Assembly (NCBI RefSeq): GCF_900095195.1
Contig: NZ_LT606950.1
Location: 1,221,946 to 1,253,945 of the forward strand
Origin: Polynucleobacter necessarius
Lineage (GTDB): Bacteria; Pseudomonadota; Gammaproteobacteria; Burkholderiales; Burkholderiaceae
DNA: 32,000 bases
Direction of reading: 5' to 3'
The notes under the pieces are model-generated. The model had not been told where the DNA came from, did not search any database, and worked only from the letters and a program-made list of their open reading frames with translations. The position numbers were made by a program, and so were the translations under genes. This document shows positions 1 to 9,212 of this stretch, piece after piece. Each line of letters begins with the position of its first letter. Within the stretch, counting starts at the first letter, position 1.

Positions 1-141
1 GTACTACCCTGGCTGATCAACCGCTTTTATCGTGATATGCCAAATTTAATGGCTTTAATTGATGCTTTAGATGCTTATTCATTAGAAACAAAACGTGCTG
101 TAACCCTACCTCTCGTTCGCGAGCTCCTACAGCCAAAATAA
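1..141 (+). CDS. hda: 3' end of Hda (DnaA-inactivating AAA+ protein), partial
   Basis: Frame 1 reads VLPWLINRFYRDMPNLMALIDALDAYSLETKRAVTLPLVRELLQPK*, with the stop at 139-141. This resembles the Hda/DnaA-family C-terminus (pattern LD..S....R.LT.P.V.E.L). The 5' end lies outside the window. Confidence 0.6.
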   Translation, partial: VLPWLINRFYRDMPNLMALIDALDAYSLETKRAVTLPLVRELLQPK

Positions 142-159
142 CTGATTGATAGTTTATTT

Positions 160-840
160 GTGACCCAGCTAGCCCTTTTTGATTTAGACCATACCCTATT
201 GCCCTGTGACAACGATTATGAATGGGGTCAATTTTTAGCACGCATTGGTGTTGTGGATAGCGAGTACTACGCGCGTCAAAATGAACGCTTCTATCAGGAC
301 TATAAAGACGGCAAACTGGATATACATGAATTTTTGCGGTTTGCCTTAAAGCCGCTGTCCGAACATTCGCGTGCGCAACTAAAAGAATGGCATGGTCAAT
401 TTATGGAAGAAGTGATTAATAGTCATCTTCGCCAAAAAGCATTAGATTTACTAAAACAACATCAAGATGCCGGGGATCTTTGTTGTGTGGTGACGGCAAC
501 TAACAGCTTTGTGACCCGCCCCATTGTTGAGCGTTTTGGCATCAAGCACCTAATTGCCACCGAACCCGCCACTCATGGGGATGATCCATCAGCCTCCTAC
601 ACAGGCGAAGTTTTGGGAATTCCGAACTTTCGCGAAGGCAAAATTCAAAATTTGCACAGCTGGCTTAGCAAACAACATCTGAGTTTGCCGAACTTGCCGC
701 GCAGTTATTTTTATTCAGACTCCATGAATGATCTGCCATTACTTGAGCAAGTAAGTCATCCGATTGCCACCAATCCAGATGACCGTCTGCGTAACGAAGC
801 TCAAAAACGCAACTGGCCAATCCTTGAATTATTTGCATAA
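160..840 (+). CDS. HAD-superfamily hydrolase, subfamily IB (phosphoserine-phosphatase-like)
   Basis: 226-aa ORF with a GTG start. It has the N-terminal DxDxT motif (FDLDHTLL) and the distal SDSxNDxPLL motif typical of HAD-IB phosphatases. Confidence 0.8.
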   Translation: MTQLALFDLDHTLLPCDNDYEWGQFLARIGVVDSEYYARQNERFYQDYKDGKLDIHEFLRFALKPLSEHSRAQLKEWHGQFMEEVINSHLRQKALDLLKQHQDAGDLCCVVTATNSFVTRPIVERFGIKHLIATEPATHGDDPSASYTGEVLGIPNFREGKIQNLHSWLSKQHLSLPNLPRSYFYSDSMNDLPLLEQVSHPIATNPDDRLRNEAQKRNWPILELFA

Positions 841-863
841 TTACCAAACTGATCAAACGTATC

Positions 864-2237
864 TTGCGGCGCGATCCAATGGATCGACATACTCATGCGA
901 CCCATTCTGGCGCCCCGAAACGAATTCCCAAAAAATCCCATCGTATTGACCCGCACCTACTGTCAAAAAACGCCGTCAAAATTACCCAAACGTTGCAGCA
1001 AGCTGGCTTTGAGGCGTTCATCGTGGGTGGTGCAGTACGCGATCTCGTCTTAGGCATCGCGCCAAAAGATTTTGATGTAGCCACCAATGCTACCCGATCA
1101 AGTACAGCGACTATTTCGGAAGGCGCGTCTGATTGGTCGCCGCTTCCAGATTGTGCATGTGACGTTTTTTGGCAAGGGACACCCAGAAATTATTGAAGTC
1201 TCAACCTTCCGAGCTTTACTCAGTAACGCTGGAGACCATGTTGCCAAGAGCGGTCGTATTTTGCGTGACAACGTATGGGGCTCACAAGGTGAAGATGCTA
1301 CGCGACGCGACTTCACCATCAATGCCATGTATTACGCCCATCAACCGAGACTGTACTCGACTACCACGGTGGTATGGTCGATATGCAAAAGAAAACCTTA
1401 CGCATGATTGGTGATCCTACAAAGCGCTATCGCGAGGATCCAGTACGGATGTTAAAAGCAATTCGGTTTGCTGCTAAAACTGGCTTTACTTTAGATGCCG
1501 ATACTCGTGCGCCGATCGCCAAGTTTGGCAAACTATTACACGATGTTCCGCCGGCCAGACTCTTTGATGAAACTCTTAAGCTTTTGATGTCTGGTTATTC
1601 ATGGTCAGCAATTCAAGGCTTAAAGGATGCCGGACTTCACCATGGATTGCCTCCATTGCTCGATCATATCCTCGATGACAACGAAGCTTCAAAGGGAGCT
1701 AATGATTTTGTGAAATTGGCGCTGGCCAACACCGATCAGCGAATTCAGTCGGGCAAGAGTGTCTCGGCAGGATTTTTATTCGCAACGCTTCTGTGGCCCG
1801 ATCTACTAAAAAATTGGCAAGCCAATATCGCCAAAGGCATGGCCAATATTCCAGCTCTTCAAGGTGCGATGGATGAGACGATTGCCACCCAAAGTAGTGG
1901 CATAACCATCCAACGTCGCTTTGAGAGCGATATGCGAGAAATTTGGTCTATGCAATCGCGCTTTGAAAAGCGGGTTGGTCGCTATCCCTATCGACTGATT
2001 GAATCGCCCCGTTTAAGGGCAAGCTATGACTTTATGCTGCTCCGTTGCGCCACAGGAGAACAAAATCCATCTTTAGGCGAGTGGTGGACCAGCTTCATCG
2101 CCGCCGATCCCGCTGGCCAGGAAGCACTTTTGGCGAGCGCCAAAAGTGAACCGGGAAATACTGCCGGCACTCCCACAAGAAGGCGTCGCCGCAGAGAACC
2201 CAAATCCCCTGCCGCACCAGAGTCTACTCCGGGCTAA
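864..2237 (+). pseudogene. pcnB: poly(A) polymerase I, split into three frames by two frameshifts
   Basis: Three overlapping ORFs (864-1196, 1087-1407, 1374-2237) join into one PcnB-like sequence. Segment 1 ends ...FIVGGAVRDLVLGIAPKDFDVATNAT, segment 2 reads PDQVQRLFRKARLIGRRFQIVHV...RRDFTINAMYY, and segment 3 reads (D)PSTETVLDYHGGMVDMQKKTLRMIGDPTKRYREDPVRMLKAIRFAAK. The frame switches at the CCC run 1093-1095 (net +1) and at about 1336 (1-bp loss, tattacg^cccatca). Read from the start, translation stops at 1194-1196. The true start may lie upstream of 864. Confidence 0.85.
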
Positions 2238-2289
2238 GCAAGTTTCGAAAAATTTCGGTAAAGTAATTCCATAACGATTTTGGAAGCAT

Positions 2290-2817
2290 ATGGCACGAGC
2301 ATTTATCGGATTTGGCGGAAATATTGGCGATACGCGTCAGCTCATTACTGACGCTATTGTTTGCCTAGCGCAACGTTCCGAATTGCATATTGTTGCAAAA
2401 AGTTGCTTCTATCAAAGCGCTCCTGTTGAAGCACTCGGCGGTGACTATATTAATGCCGTGATTGAAATCGAAACACAATTGACCCATTACGGTCTTTTGC
2501 ATGTTTGCCAAGCCATCGAACAAGAATTCAGCAGGGAACGTCCTTACGCTAATGCCTCTCGCACTCTTGACCTTGACATTTTGTCTTATGAAGGCGTTAC
2601 TCAAAATGAAACTGAGCTAATGCTTCCGCATCCAAAAATCATTGAACGCTCTTTTGTATTGCTTCCACTACTCGAAATCGCCCCCGACTTCTTTCTGCCC
2701 AATTTTGGCGAACTCAAGGCCTATCTCCCGAAAGTAGCTCATCAGCGCATTGAAAAACTCCCTTGTCGCAACTGTGATTGCGGGGGAAATGCTGTTTATA
2801 GCCAAACAGCACATTAA
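2290..2817 (+). CDS. folK: 2-amino-4-hydroxy-6-hydroxymethyldihydropteridine diphosphokinase (HPPK)
   Basis: 175-aa ORF with the HPPK pattern (IGFGGNIGD..., RTLDLDIL, LPHPKIIERSFVLLPL). It sits directly after pcnB, as in many proteobacteria. Confidence 0.85.
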   Translation: MARAFIGFGGNIGDTRQLITDAIVCLAQRSELHIVAKSCFYQSAPVEALGGDYINAVIEIETQLTHYGLLHVCQAIEQEFSRERPYANASRTLDLDILSYEGVTQNETELMLPHPKIIERSFVLLPLLEIAPDFFLPNFGELKAYLPKVAHQRIEKLPCRNCDCGGNAVYSQTAH

Positions 2818-2834
2818 TTCATTAAACTCTCGCC

Positions 2835-3134
2835 ATGGGTTACTTACAGGGCGACAAGCCAATCACAATTACTAAGCTCCCGCTATGCATGCTGAGGGTG
2901 AAAAAATTTCAATGCTAACGGCACATTCCAACTATCGGGATTGGTGCGGGCCCAGATTGCTCAGGCCAAGTATTGGTTCTGCAAGATATGCTGGGCATAA
3001 GCCCAGGCAGACCCCACAAGTTCGTGAAGAACTTTATGGAAAGTCACCAATCGATCGAGGCTGCAGTCAAAGCCTATGTGCGTGAGGTGAAATCCGGTAA
3101 GTTCCCCGGGCCTGAGCACGGCTTTGCAGGCTAA
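2835..3134 (+). pseudogene. panB: remnant of 3-methyl-2-oxobutanoate hydroxymethyltransferase (about 0.5 kb internal deletion plus a frameshift)
   Basis: The N-terminal piece MGYLQGDKPITITKLP (frame of 2835) continues as [14 protein letters not shown] in the frame of 2885, implying a 1-bp loss near 2879-2883. From about 2925 a third frame reads [69 protein letters not shown] (stop 3132-3134), which is the PanB C-terminus. The roughly 170 central codons are absent. Confidence 0.85.
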
Positions 3135-3146
3135 GACTTCCTAGCT

Positions 3147-4277
3147 CTAACTAAAGAAGCTTTTTACACCCTCAAACCAGCCTTTTTGTTGGGGACTGTG
3201 TTTATCACCTGCGGATTTGAGGCTGTCATCAAATTTCTGCAGTAATTGCTTCTGTTCATCCGTAAGCTTTACTGGGGTCTCGACCAGAACATGAACAAAG
3301 AGATCGCCCACTAAGGTTGAGCGCAACCCTTTAATTCCTTTGCTACGTAATCGGAAAGTTTTTCCGGTTTGCATTCCCTCTGGAATGGCGAGCTCTACTC
3401 GACCCGAGAGTGTAGGCACCTCGATTTCACCACCAATGGCAGCGGTTGCAAATGAGATGGGTAATTGCACATGCAGGTCACTGCCATCCCGCTCAAATAC
3501 TTTGTGAGGCTTTATGCGAACCTCAACATAAAGGTCGCCAGATGGTCCGCCATTAATGCCTGGTTCACCATTACCCACTGAGCGCACACGCATTCCATCA
3601 TCAATGCCCGCCGGGATTTTAATCTCTAGAGTTTTTTGCTCTTTGTGCTTACTGGTCCCATGACAAGTCTTGCAAGGCTTAGGAATGTATTCACCAGTTC
3701 CACGGCATTTTGGACAGGTCTGCTGCATGGAGAAAAAACCTTGCTGTACACGGACTTGACCATGACCATCGCAGGTTGAGCACCTTTCTGCTTTAGTACC
3801 CGGTTTTGCACCGGTTCCATGACAGGGCTTGCAATCGCTCCAGCTGGGCACCCGAATTTGCGTTGTGTAGCCCTCGGCTGCCTGTTCAAGCGTGATGTCC
3901 ATGCTGTAGCGAAGATCTGCGCCCTTATAGACTTGTGGGCCAGAATGACGACCCCCTTGACCAAAGATATCGCCAAAGATATCGCCAAAGGCGTCTGCAA
4001 ATCCACCGCCACCAAAGCCACCGCCGAAGCCACCACCCACTGAGGGATCCACACCAGCGTGACCGTATTGATCATAGGCAGCGCGCTTATTGGGATCGCT
4101 TAGCGTTTCGTAAGCTTCTTTTGCTTCTTTAAATTGAGCTTCGGCCGTTTTGCTATCAGGGTTGCGATCAGGGTGATACTTCATCGCCAGCTTACGATAG
4201 GCTTTTTTAAGCTCCAGATCGCTAGCACCTTTTGCTACCCCAAGTACTTCATAAAAATCGCGTTTACTTTTAGGCAC
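3147..4277 (-). CDS. dnaJ: molecular chaperone DnaJ
   Basis: 376 aa with a GTG start preceded by GAGAGGAA. It has a J-domain with HPDRNP, a G/F region, and four CxxCxG motifs ([32 protein letters not shown]). Confidence 0.95.
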   Translation of the reverse strand: MPKSKRDFYEVLGVAKGASDLELKKAYRKLAMKYHPDRNPDSKTAEAQFKEAKEAYETLSDPNKRAAYDQYGHAGVDPSVGGGFGGGFGGGGFADAFGDIFGDIFGQGGRHSGPQVYKGADLRYSMDITLEQAAEGYTTQIRVPSWSDCKPCHGTGAKPGTKAERCSTCDGHGQVRVQQGFFSMQQTCPKCRGTGEYIPKPCKTCHGTSKHKEQKTLEIKIPAGIDDGMRVRSVGNGEPGINGGPSGDLYVEVRIKPHKVFERDGSDLHVQLPISFATAAIGGEIEVPTLSGRVELAIPEGMQTGKTFRLRSKGIKGLRSTLVGDLFVHVLVETPVKLTDEQKQLLQKFDDSLKSAGDKHSPQQKGWFEGVKSFFS

Positions 4278-4306
4278 GGCCTATTCCTCTCAACAACTTC
4301 AATGGC

Positions 4307-4331
4307 ACAAGTCGGCACGAGGCCGACTTGT
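4307..4331 (-). other. perfect 10-bp stem / 5-nt loop between dnaK and dnaJ
   Basis: ACAAGTCGGC-acgag-GCCGACTTGT, with stems at 4307-4316 and 4322-4331. No U-tract follows on the transcribed (minus) strand, so it is not a canonical terminator. Confidence 0.6.
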
Positions 4332-4378
4332 TATTTAAGGATTTCTGAAAATACGTTAACGAATAGTTGAATTCAGAA

Positions 4379-6310
4379 TTACCTCTTGTCATCAATCTCT
4401 TTAAAGTCTGCATCAACGACGTCAGCATCTGGAGCGGCTTTTTGCTCGCCACCAGGAGCTGCCCCAGCAGCCGCACCAGCCTTGGCCTGTTCAGCAGCCA
4501 TAACTTTTTCGCCCAGCCTCTGACTTGCTTTACCCAAAGCTTCGGTCTTTGCCTCAATGACAGCCTTATCGCTGCCTTTGATGGCTTCATCCAACTCTTT
4601 GAGCGCTGCTTCAATCGCTTCTTTCTCAGCTGCTTCCAAGCTTGCGCCATGCTCTTCCAAAGCCTTCTTGGTCGAGTGAGCTAAGGCATCTGCTGTATTG
4701 CGAGCAGTTACCAACTCCAATACTTTCTTGTCTTCAGCAGCATTCGCCTCAGCATCTTTCACCATGCGTCGAATTTCTTCTTCAGTCAAACCAGAGTTTG
4801 CCTTGATGGTGATCTTGTTCTCTTTGCCAGTATTTTTGTCTTTTGCGGTGACATGCAAAATACCATTGGCATCGATATCAAAGGTCACTTCAATTTGCGG
4901 CAATCCACGTGGCACAGGAGCAATACCTTCGAGGTTAAATTCGCCGAGCAATTTGTTGGCTGCAGCCATCTCGCGCTCGCCTTGGTAGCACTTGATCGTT
5001 ACTGCTGGCTGGTTATCTTCTGCTGTTGAGTAAACCTGTGAATGCTTCGTTGGAATGGTGGTGTTCTTCGGAATCATCTTGGTCATTACGCCGCCAAGGG
5101 TCTCGATACCCAATGACAATGGAGTAACGTCCAAAAGCAACACGTCCTTACGATCGCCAGACAATACCGATCCCTGAATTGCGGCACCTACAGCTACTGC
5201 CTCATCTGGATTGACGTCTTTGCGTGGCTCTTTACCAAAGATCTCTTTGACCTTCTCCTGAACCGCAGGCATACGGGTTTGACCACCAACCAAAATCACG
5301 TCATCGATATCGGAAACATTAACACCAGCGTCTTTAATCGCAGTTAGGCAAGGGCCAGCAGTGCGGCTGATCAATTCTTCAACCAAAGACTCTAACTTGG
5401 CACGAGTGAGCTTGAGGTTCAAATGCTTAGGACCGCTAGCATCAGCAGTAACGTATGGCAAATTGATTTCCGTTTGCTGTGCCGAAGACAATTCGATCTT
5501 GGCTTTTTCGGCAGCATCTTTTAAACGCTGAAGCGCTAACACATCTTTGCTCAAATCAACGCCTTGCTCTTTCTTAAACTCAACAATGATCCAGTCGATA
5601 ATGCGCTGGTCAAAGTCTTCACCACCCAAGAAAGTATCGCCGTTGGTAGAGAGCACTTCAAACTGCTTCTCACCATCTACGTTAGCAATTTCGATGATGG
5701 AAACGTCGAATGTACCGCCACCTAAGTCATAGACAGCAATCTTACGATCGGCTTTGTCTTGCTTATCTAGACCGAATGCCAATGCGGCTGCGGTAGGCTC
5801 GTTAATGATGCGCTTCACATCCAAACCGGCAATACGACCAGCATCCTTTGTAGCTTGGCGTTGGCTATCGTTAAAGTAAGCAGGAACGGTAATAACCGCC
5901 TCAGTAACTTCTTCGCCAAGGTAATCTTCCGCAGTCTTTTTCATTTTGCGCAAAATTTCAGCAGACACTTGCTGTGGCGCCATTTTCTTGTCGCGCGCCT
6001 CAACCCAAGCATCACCATTGTCTGCTTGAACAATTGCGTAAGGCATCAAACCAATATCTTTCTGCACTTCAGGATCGGTAAATTTACGACCCATCAAACG
6101 CTTCACAGCGTAGATCGTGTTTTTAGGATTGGTAACTGACTGACGTTTTGCAGGAGCACCAACCAATACCTCACCATCTTCAACGTATGCAACGATGGAT
6201 GGGGTTGTACGAGTACCTTCTGCATTCTCAATGACTTTCGGTGCATTGCTTTCTACGACTGAAACACATGAATTGGTTGTTCCTAAGTCGATTCCAATAA
6301 TCTTTCCCAT
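4379..6310 (-). CDS. dnaK: molecular chaperone DnaK (Hsp70)
   Basis: 643 aa with the Hsp70 signatures [21 protein letters not shown] and [16 protein letters not shown] Shine-Dalgarno sequence lies just upstream of the ATG. Confidence 0.97.
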   Translation of the reverse strand: MGKIIGIDLGTTNSCVSVVESNAPKVIENAEGTRTTPSIVAYVEDGEVLVGAPAKRQSVTNPKNTIYAVKRLMGRKFTDPEVQKDIGLMPYAIVQADNGDAWVEARDKKMAPQQVSAEILRKMKKTAEDYLGEEVTEAVITVPAYFNDSQRQATKDAGRIAGLDVKRIINEPTAAALAFGLDKQDKADRKIAVYDLGGGTFDVSIIEIANVDGEKQFEVLSTNGDTFLGGEDFDQRIIDWIIVEFKKEQGVDLSKDVLALQRLKDAAEKAKIELSSAQQTEINLPYVTADASGPKHLNLKLTRAKLESLVEELISRTAGPCLTAIKDAGVNVSDIDDVILVGGQTRMPAVQEKVKEIFGKEPRKDVNPDEAVAVGAAIQGSVLSGDRKDVLLLDVTPLSLGIETLGGVMTKMIPKNTTIPTKHSQVYSTAEDNQPAVTIKCYQGEREMAAANKLLGEFNLEGIAPVPRGLPQIEVTFDIDANGILHVTAKDKNTGKENKITIKANSGLTEEEIRRMVKDAEANAAEDKKVLELVTARNTADALAHSTKKALEEHGASLEAAEKEAIEAALKELDEAIKGSDKAVIEAKTEALGKASQRLGEKVMAAEQAKAGAAAGAAPGGEQKAAPDADVVDADFKEIDDKR

Positions 6311-6371
6311 AATGACTCCAAAAAATGAAATTACTTTGTTGTACTTCTAATGAAGTATTCCGATAGACCCT

Positions 6372-6399
6372 AGATGGGGTCTAAACAGGGAAATTCAAG
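6372..6399 (-). promoter_or_regulatory. sigma-32 (RpoH) type heat-shock promoter of dnaK
   Basis: The minus strand reads CTTGAAt-N13-CCCCATCT. The -35 is the reverse complement of 6394-6399 and the -10 is the reverse complement of 6372-6379. The E. coli-type consensus is CTTGAAA-N13/14-CCCCATNT. It lies about 60 nt upstream of the dnaK ATG. Confidence 0.75.
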
Positions 6400-6410
6400 G
6401 GGAGAAATGC

Positions 6411-6436
6411 AAAAAAGGCAGAAAACTGCCTTTTTT
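6411..6436 (-). terminator. intrinsic terminator downstream of grpE (symmetrical A6/T6 flanks)
   Basis: aaaaaaGGCAGaaaaCTGCCtttttt; the stem is GGCAG (6417-6421) / CTGCC (6426-6430) and can be extended by the A/T flanks. It sits between the grpE stop (6469) and the dnaK promoter. Confidence 0.7.
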
Positions 6437-6468
6437 AGTCTTTTTTAGAACTTTTCAGCTAATTTGAT

Positions 6469-7038
6469 CTATTTTGGGGCGCTGACGGTGACAAGGGCGG
6501 GTCTGAGTACGCGATCCGCAACGGTATACCCCCGCTGCAAGACAGACACTACCGTATTTGGCTCCCGCTCAGACGACACGGACGCAATTGCCTGGTGGTG
6601 ATGGGGATCAAACTTATCGCCCACGGCAGGATTAATTTCAGTCATACGGCCTTTTTCAAAAGCAGACAACAATTGCTTCAAGGTAATCTCTAAGCCCTCT
6701 TTGAAAGCCTTGGCATCACCCGCATCCGTATTCAACGCAGCATAAAGACTATCCGTTACAGGGACGAGATGCTCGGCAAAACTTTCAATAGCAAATTTAT
6801 GCGCTTTAGCAATATCTTCAACAGCGCGACGACGAATATTTTCGCCCTCTGCCTTGGCGCGCAAAAAGTTATCCTGCAAGTCAGACGCCTTCTGATTCAG
6901 TTCGGCAATTTCCTGTTCAGGAGTCTTGGTAGTTGGAGTTTCTGTTGCCGCATCCGCTGCTGGTTCAACTGCTGAACTCTCCTGCTCAGGAGATGAATGT
7001 TGATTTTCTTGTGTCATAGACAGTGATTCACTTTTCAA
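6469..7038 (-). CDS. grpE: nucleotide exchange factor GrpE
   Basis: 189-aa ORF with an acidic N-terminus followed by GrpE core similarity ([16 protein letters not shown]...DPHHHQAI...GY...RVLRPALV). The start is uncertain: TTG at 7038 or ATG at 7017. Confidence 0.9.
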   Translation of the reverse strand: MKSESLSMTQENQHSSPEQESSAVEPAADAATETPTTKTPEQEIAELNQKASDLQDNFLRAKAEGENIRRRAVEDIAKAHKFAIESFAEHLVPVTDSLYAALNTDAGDAKAFKEGLEITLKQLLSAFEKGRMTEINPAVGDKFDPHHHQAIASVSSEREPNTVVSVLQRGYTVADRVLRPALVTVSAPK

Positions 7039-7060
7039 TAATTAAGGCAATTGCTTTGTT

Positions 7061-7088
7061 AAGTGGGGTCAGTTTAGTCAATTTCAAG
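7061..7088 (-). promoter_or_regulatory. sigma-32 type heat-shock promoter of grpE, overlapping the hemH stop codon
   Basis: The minus strand reads CTTGAAA-N13-CCCCACTT. The -35 is the reverse complement of 7082-7088 and the -10 is the reverse complement of 7061-7068. The spacing is the same as in the dnaK promoter. Confidence 0.7.
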
Positions 7089-8175
7089 ACTGACTCTTTG
7101 CGAATTCGGCTCGCTCATTGGGTTTTGCAAGCTCTTCTGGCGATTCCGTACCTAGAGACCAACCCAACAAATGCTGATGAGCAATATCACTTAAAGCCTC
7201 ACTCCATTTGTGGTTGCTATTCAGACAAGGGATGTAGCGATAGTCCTTACCGCCTTTTTCTAAAAAGGATTTTCTTGCTTCCATGGCAATTTCTTCCAAG
7301 GTCTCCAAGCAATCTGCTGGAAAGCCTGGGCAAAAAATATCGATCCGCTGACAACCGTCTTTTGCTAATTTTTCGATGGTTGGGGCGGTATAAGGCTTTA
7401 ACCACTCCGCCTTACCAAAGCGAGATTGAAAGGTCACTATGTATTGACCTGGCTCCAAACTCAGCGCCTCGCCCAGCAAGCGACCTGTCTTTAAACACTC
7501 GCAGTGGTATGGGTCACCCTTTAGCAAATTGCGTTTTGGCAAACCATGAAAGGACATCACAAAACGATCGCCCCTCGCAAAATCTGGATAGCCATCTTTT
7601 TCCCAATTGCTCAATACTTGATCGCGTAAGGCTGTGATGTACGCTGGATTGTCGTGGTAATGTTTTACCAAACGCAACTCAGGTTGATCACGCCAATTAC
7701 TTAATACCCGAAATGCCTCATCAAAGCTAGAGGCAGTCGTTGTTGCCGAATATTGTGGGTATAAGGGCAGCAACAGTAGACGCTCCATACCCTGCGCTTT
7801 TAAGCCCTCCAATACTTCTTGAGTTGAAGGCTTGCCGTAACGCATTGCCAAATCGACCAAAACAACATGCCCCTCATTGGTAAATTTTTCACCCAACTCT
7901 TTTGCTTGCAAACGCGAGTAATGCATCAAAGGTGAACCGAGTTGCGGCAACCAAATGGAGGCGTATTTTTTAGCGGATGCACTACTGCGAATCGGCAAAA
8001 TAATGCCATTCAGAATAAACCACCAAACAAAGCGCGGAATTTCTACAACCCGAGGGTCAGACAAAAATTCTTTTAGATACGACCGAACTGCTTTTGCAGT
8101 AGGCGCAGAAGGTGTGCCTAAATTTAATAACAACACAGCTGTTTTAGGAGCGCGTAGATGTGGATTTTGATTCAA
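7084..8175 (-). CDS. hemH: ferrochelatase
   Basis: 363-aa uninterrupted ORF with the ferrochelatase pattern (LLLNLGTP..., MRYGKPS, LPLYPQYS, SFHG.P). It occupies the hrcA-hemH-grpE-dnaK context common in Burkholderiales. Confidence 0.9.
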   Translation of the reverse strand: MNQNPHLRAPKTAVLLLNLGTPSAPTAKAVRSYLKEFLSDPRVVEIPRFVWWFILNGIILPIRSSASAKKYASIWLPQLGSPLMHYSRLQAKELGEKFTNEGHVVLVDLAMRYGKPSTQEVLEGLKAQGMERLLLLPLYPQYSATTTASSFDEAFRVLSNWRDQPELRLVKHYHDNPAYITALRDQVLSNWEKDGYPDFARGDRFVMSFHGLPKRNLLKGDPYHCECLKTGRLLGEALSLEPGQYIVTFQSRFGKAEWLKPYTAPTIEKLAKDGCQRIDIFCPGFPADCLETLEEIAMEARKSFLEKGGKDYRYIPCLNSNHKWSEALSDIAHQHLLGWSLGTESPEELAKPNERAEFAKSQS

Positions 8176-8198
8176 TGTCTTGCCTCTAATAAATAAAT

Positions 8199-9212
8199 TT
8201 ATGAACTTAACGCGCCTGATAACAACTTCGAGGTAATGTCGTCAATCGGAATGACACGATCATAGGCCATACGTGTTGGGCCAATACACCTAAGGCCCGA
8301 CGACTTGGCCATCAACGCTATAGGGGGCGCTGATAACAGCCAAATCCTCATAAGGCAGAAGATCACTCTTTCCACCAATAAAAATTTGAATACCATCTGC
8401 ATGACTAGATACATCGAGTAATTGCATCAACACAGACTTTTGCTCTAAAAGGTCAAACATCTTACGAAGTTTGTCGAGATTTGAACTAAGATCGCCAACA
8501 TTCAATGGGCGACGCTCACCTGATAGAACCATATCGCCACCACTCAAATCGTAGTTTGCAACGCCACTTTGCAAAGCGAGAGCCATGAGCCCAGAAATAT
8601 TGGCTCGCAAACTATCCAAATCTGACTTGAGATGCATGCGCACCTGCTCAAAACTTTTTCCAGCAAACTGCGTATTGATGTAATTACCAGCCTCGATGAG
8701 TTGACTTGGTGTGTAGTCTTGATCGGTAGGCAAAATGCGGTTTTGCACATCGCCCTCTGGCGTCACCATGATGAGCAAAATCTTGCCCTCGCCAAGACGA
8801 AGAAACTCAATATGTTTAAAAACCTGGGCTCGTTTGGACGTCATCACGACGCCAGCAAAATGCGTAAGATTGGACAAAATTTGTGCAGCGGAATTTAAAA
8901 CCCGTTGCGGGGAATCCGGCAATAAGCCCTTTTCCACCTCCCGAGCAGCAATTTCCTCCAGCGGACGTACTGTCACCATGGTGTCCACAAAGAGACGATA
9001 GGGTAGGAATTCGGCCTGCAGAGGTATGGGGGCTAGTCACCAAACCCATCTCCTCTAGGTCAGTCATCACATTTCGGATGGTGGCTGCAGACAGATCTAA
9101 ACCCGAAAAGCGCGATAAAGTACGCGAGCCAATGGGCTGCCACTCCTCGATATAGCGCTCGATGATAGCGCTCGATGTGGGTTTTGAGTAAGGCGCGGGA
9201 ACGTTCATCCAT
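8199..9212 (-). pseudogene. hrcA: heat-inducible transcription repressor HrcA, inactivated at three sites
   Basis: The ancestral start ATG is at 9212 and gives [17 protein letters not shown] 13-bp tandem duplication (9152-9177) shifts the frame. Next comes [50 protein letters not shown], followed by a second shift at about 9000. Then [15 protein letters not shown]...YSVDGQVVG is followed by a third lesion at 8283-8298 (the sequence passes through ..LGV.. in the third frame). The C-terminus IGPTRMAYDRVIPIDDITSKLLSGALSS* follows, with the stop at 8199-8201. Confidence 0.9.
9152..9177 (-). repeat. perfect 13-bp tandem duplication inside the hrcA 5' region
   Basis: The plus strand reads ATAGCGCTCGATG twice (9152-9164 and 9165-9177). 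Removing one copy restores the canonical HrcA N-terminus [30 protein letters not shown] from the ATG at 9212. Confidence 0.95.

Noticed and set aside
3966-3989. 12-bp tandem repeat GATATCGCCAAA x2 in dnaJ, considered as another slippage lesion
   Set aside because: It is in-frame and encodes the GDIFGDIFG motif of the DnaJ G/F region. This is a conserved feature of DnaJ proteins, so it is not a defect.
7023-7637. Long ORFs antisense to or overlapping real genes (7023-7637 in hemH, 3626-4075 in dnaJ, 14866-15342 in the yhdP-like gene, 23400-23885 in glcD, 15515-15922, 18092-18469, and others)
   Set aside because: They are shadow ORFs fully nested in strongly supported genes. They have low-complexity or biased composition and no recognisable family similarity.
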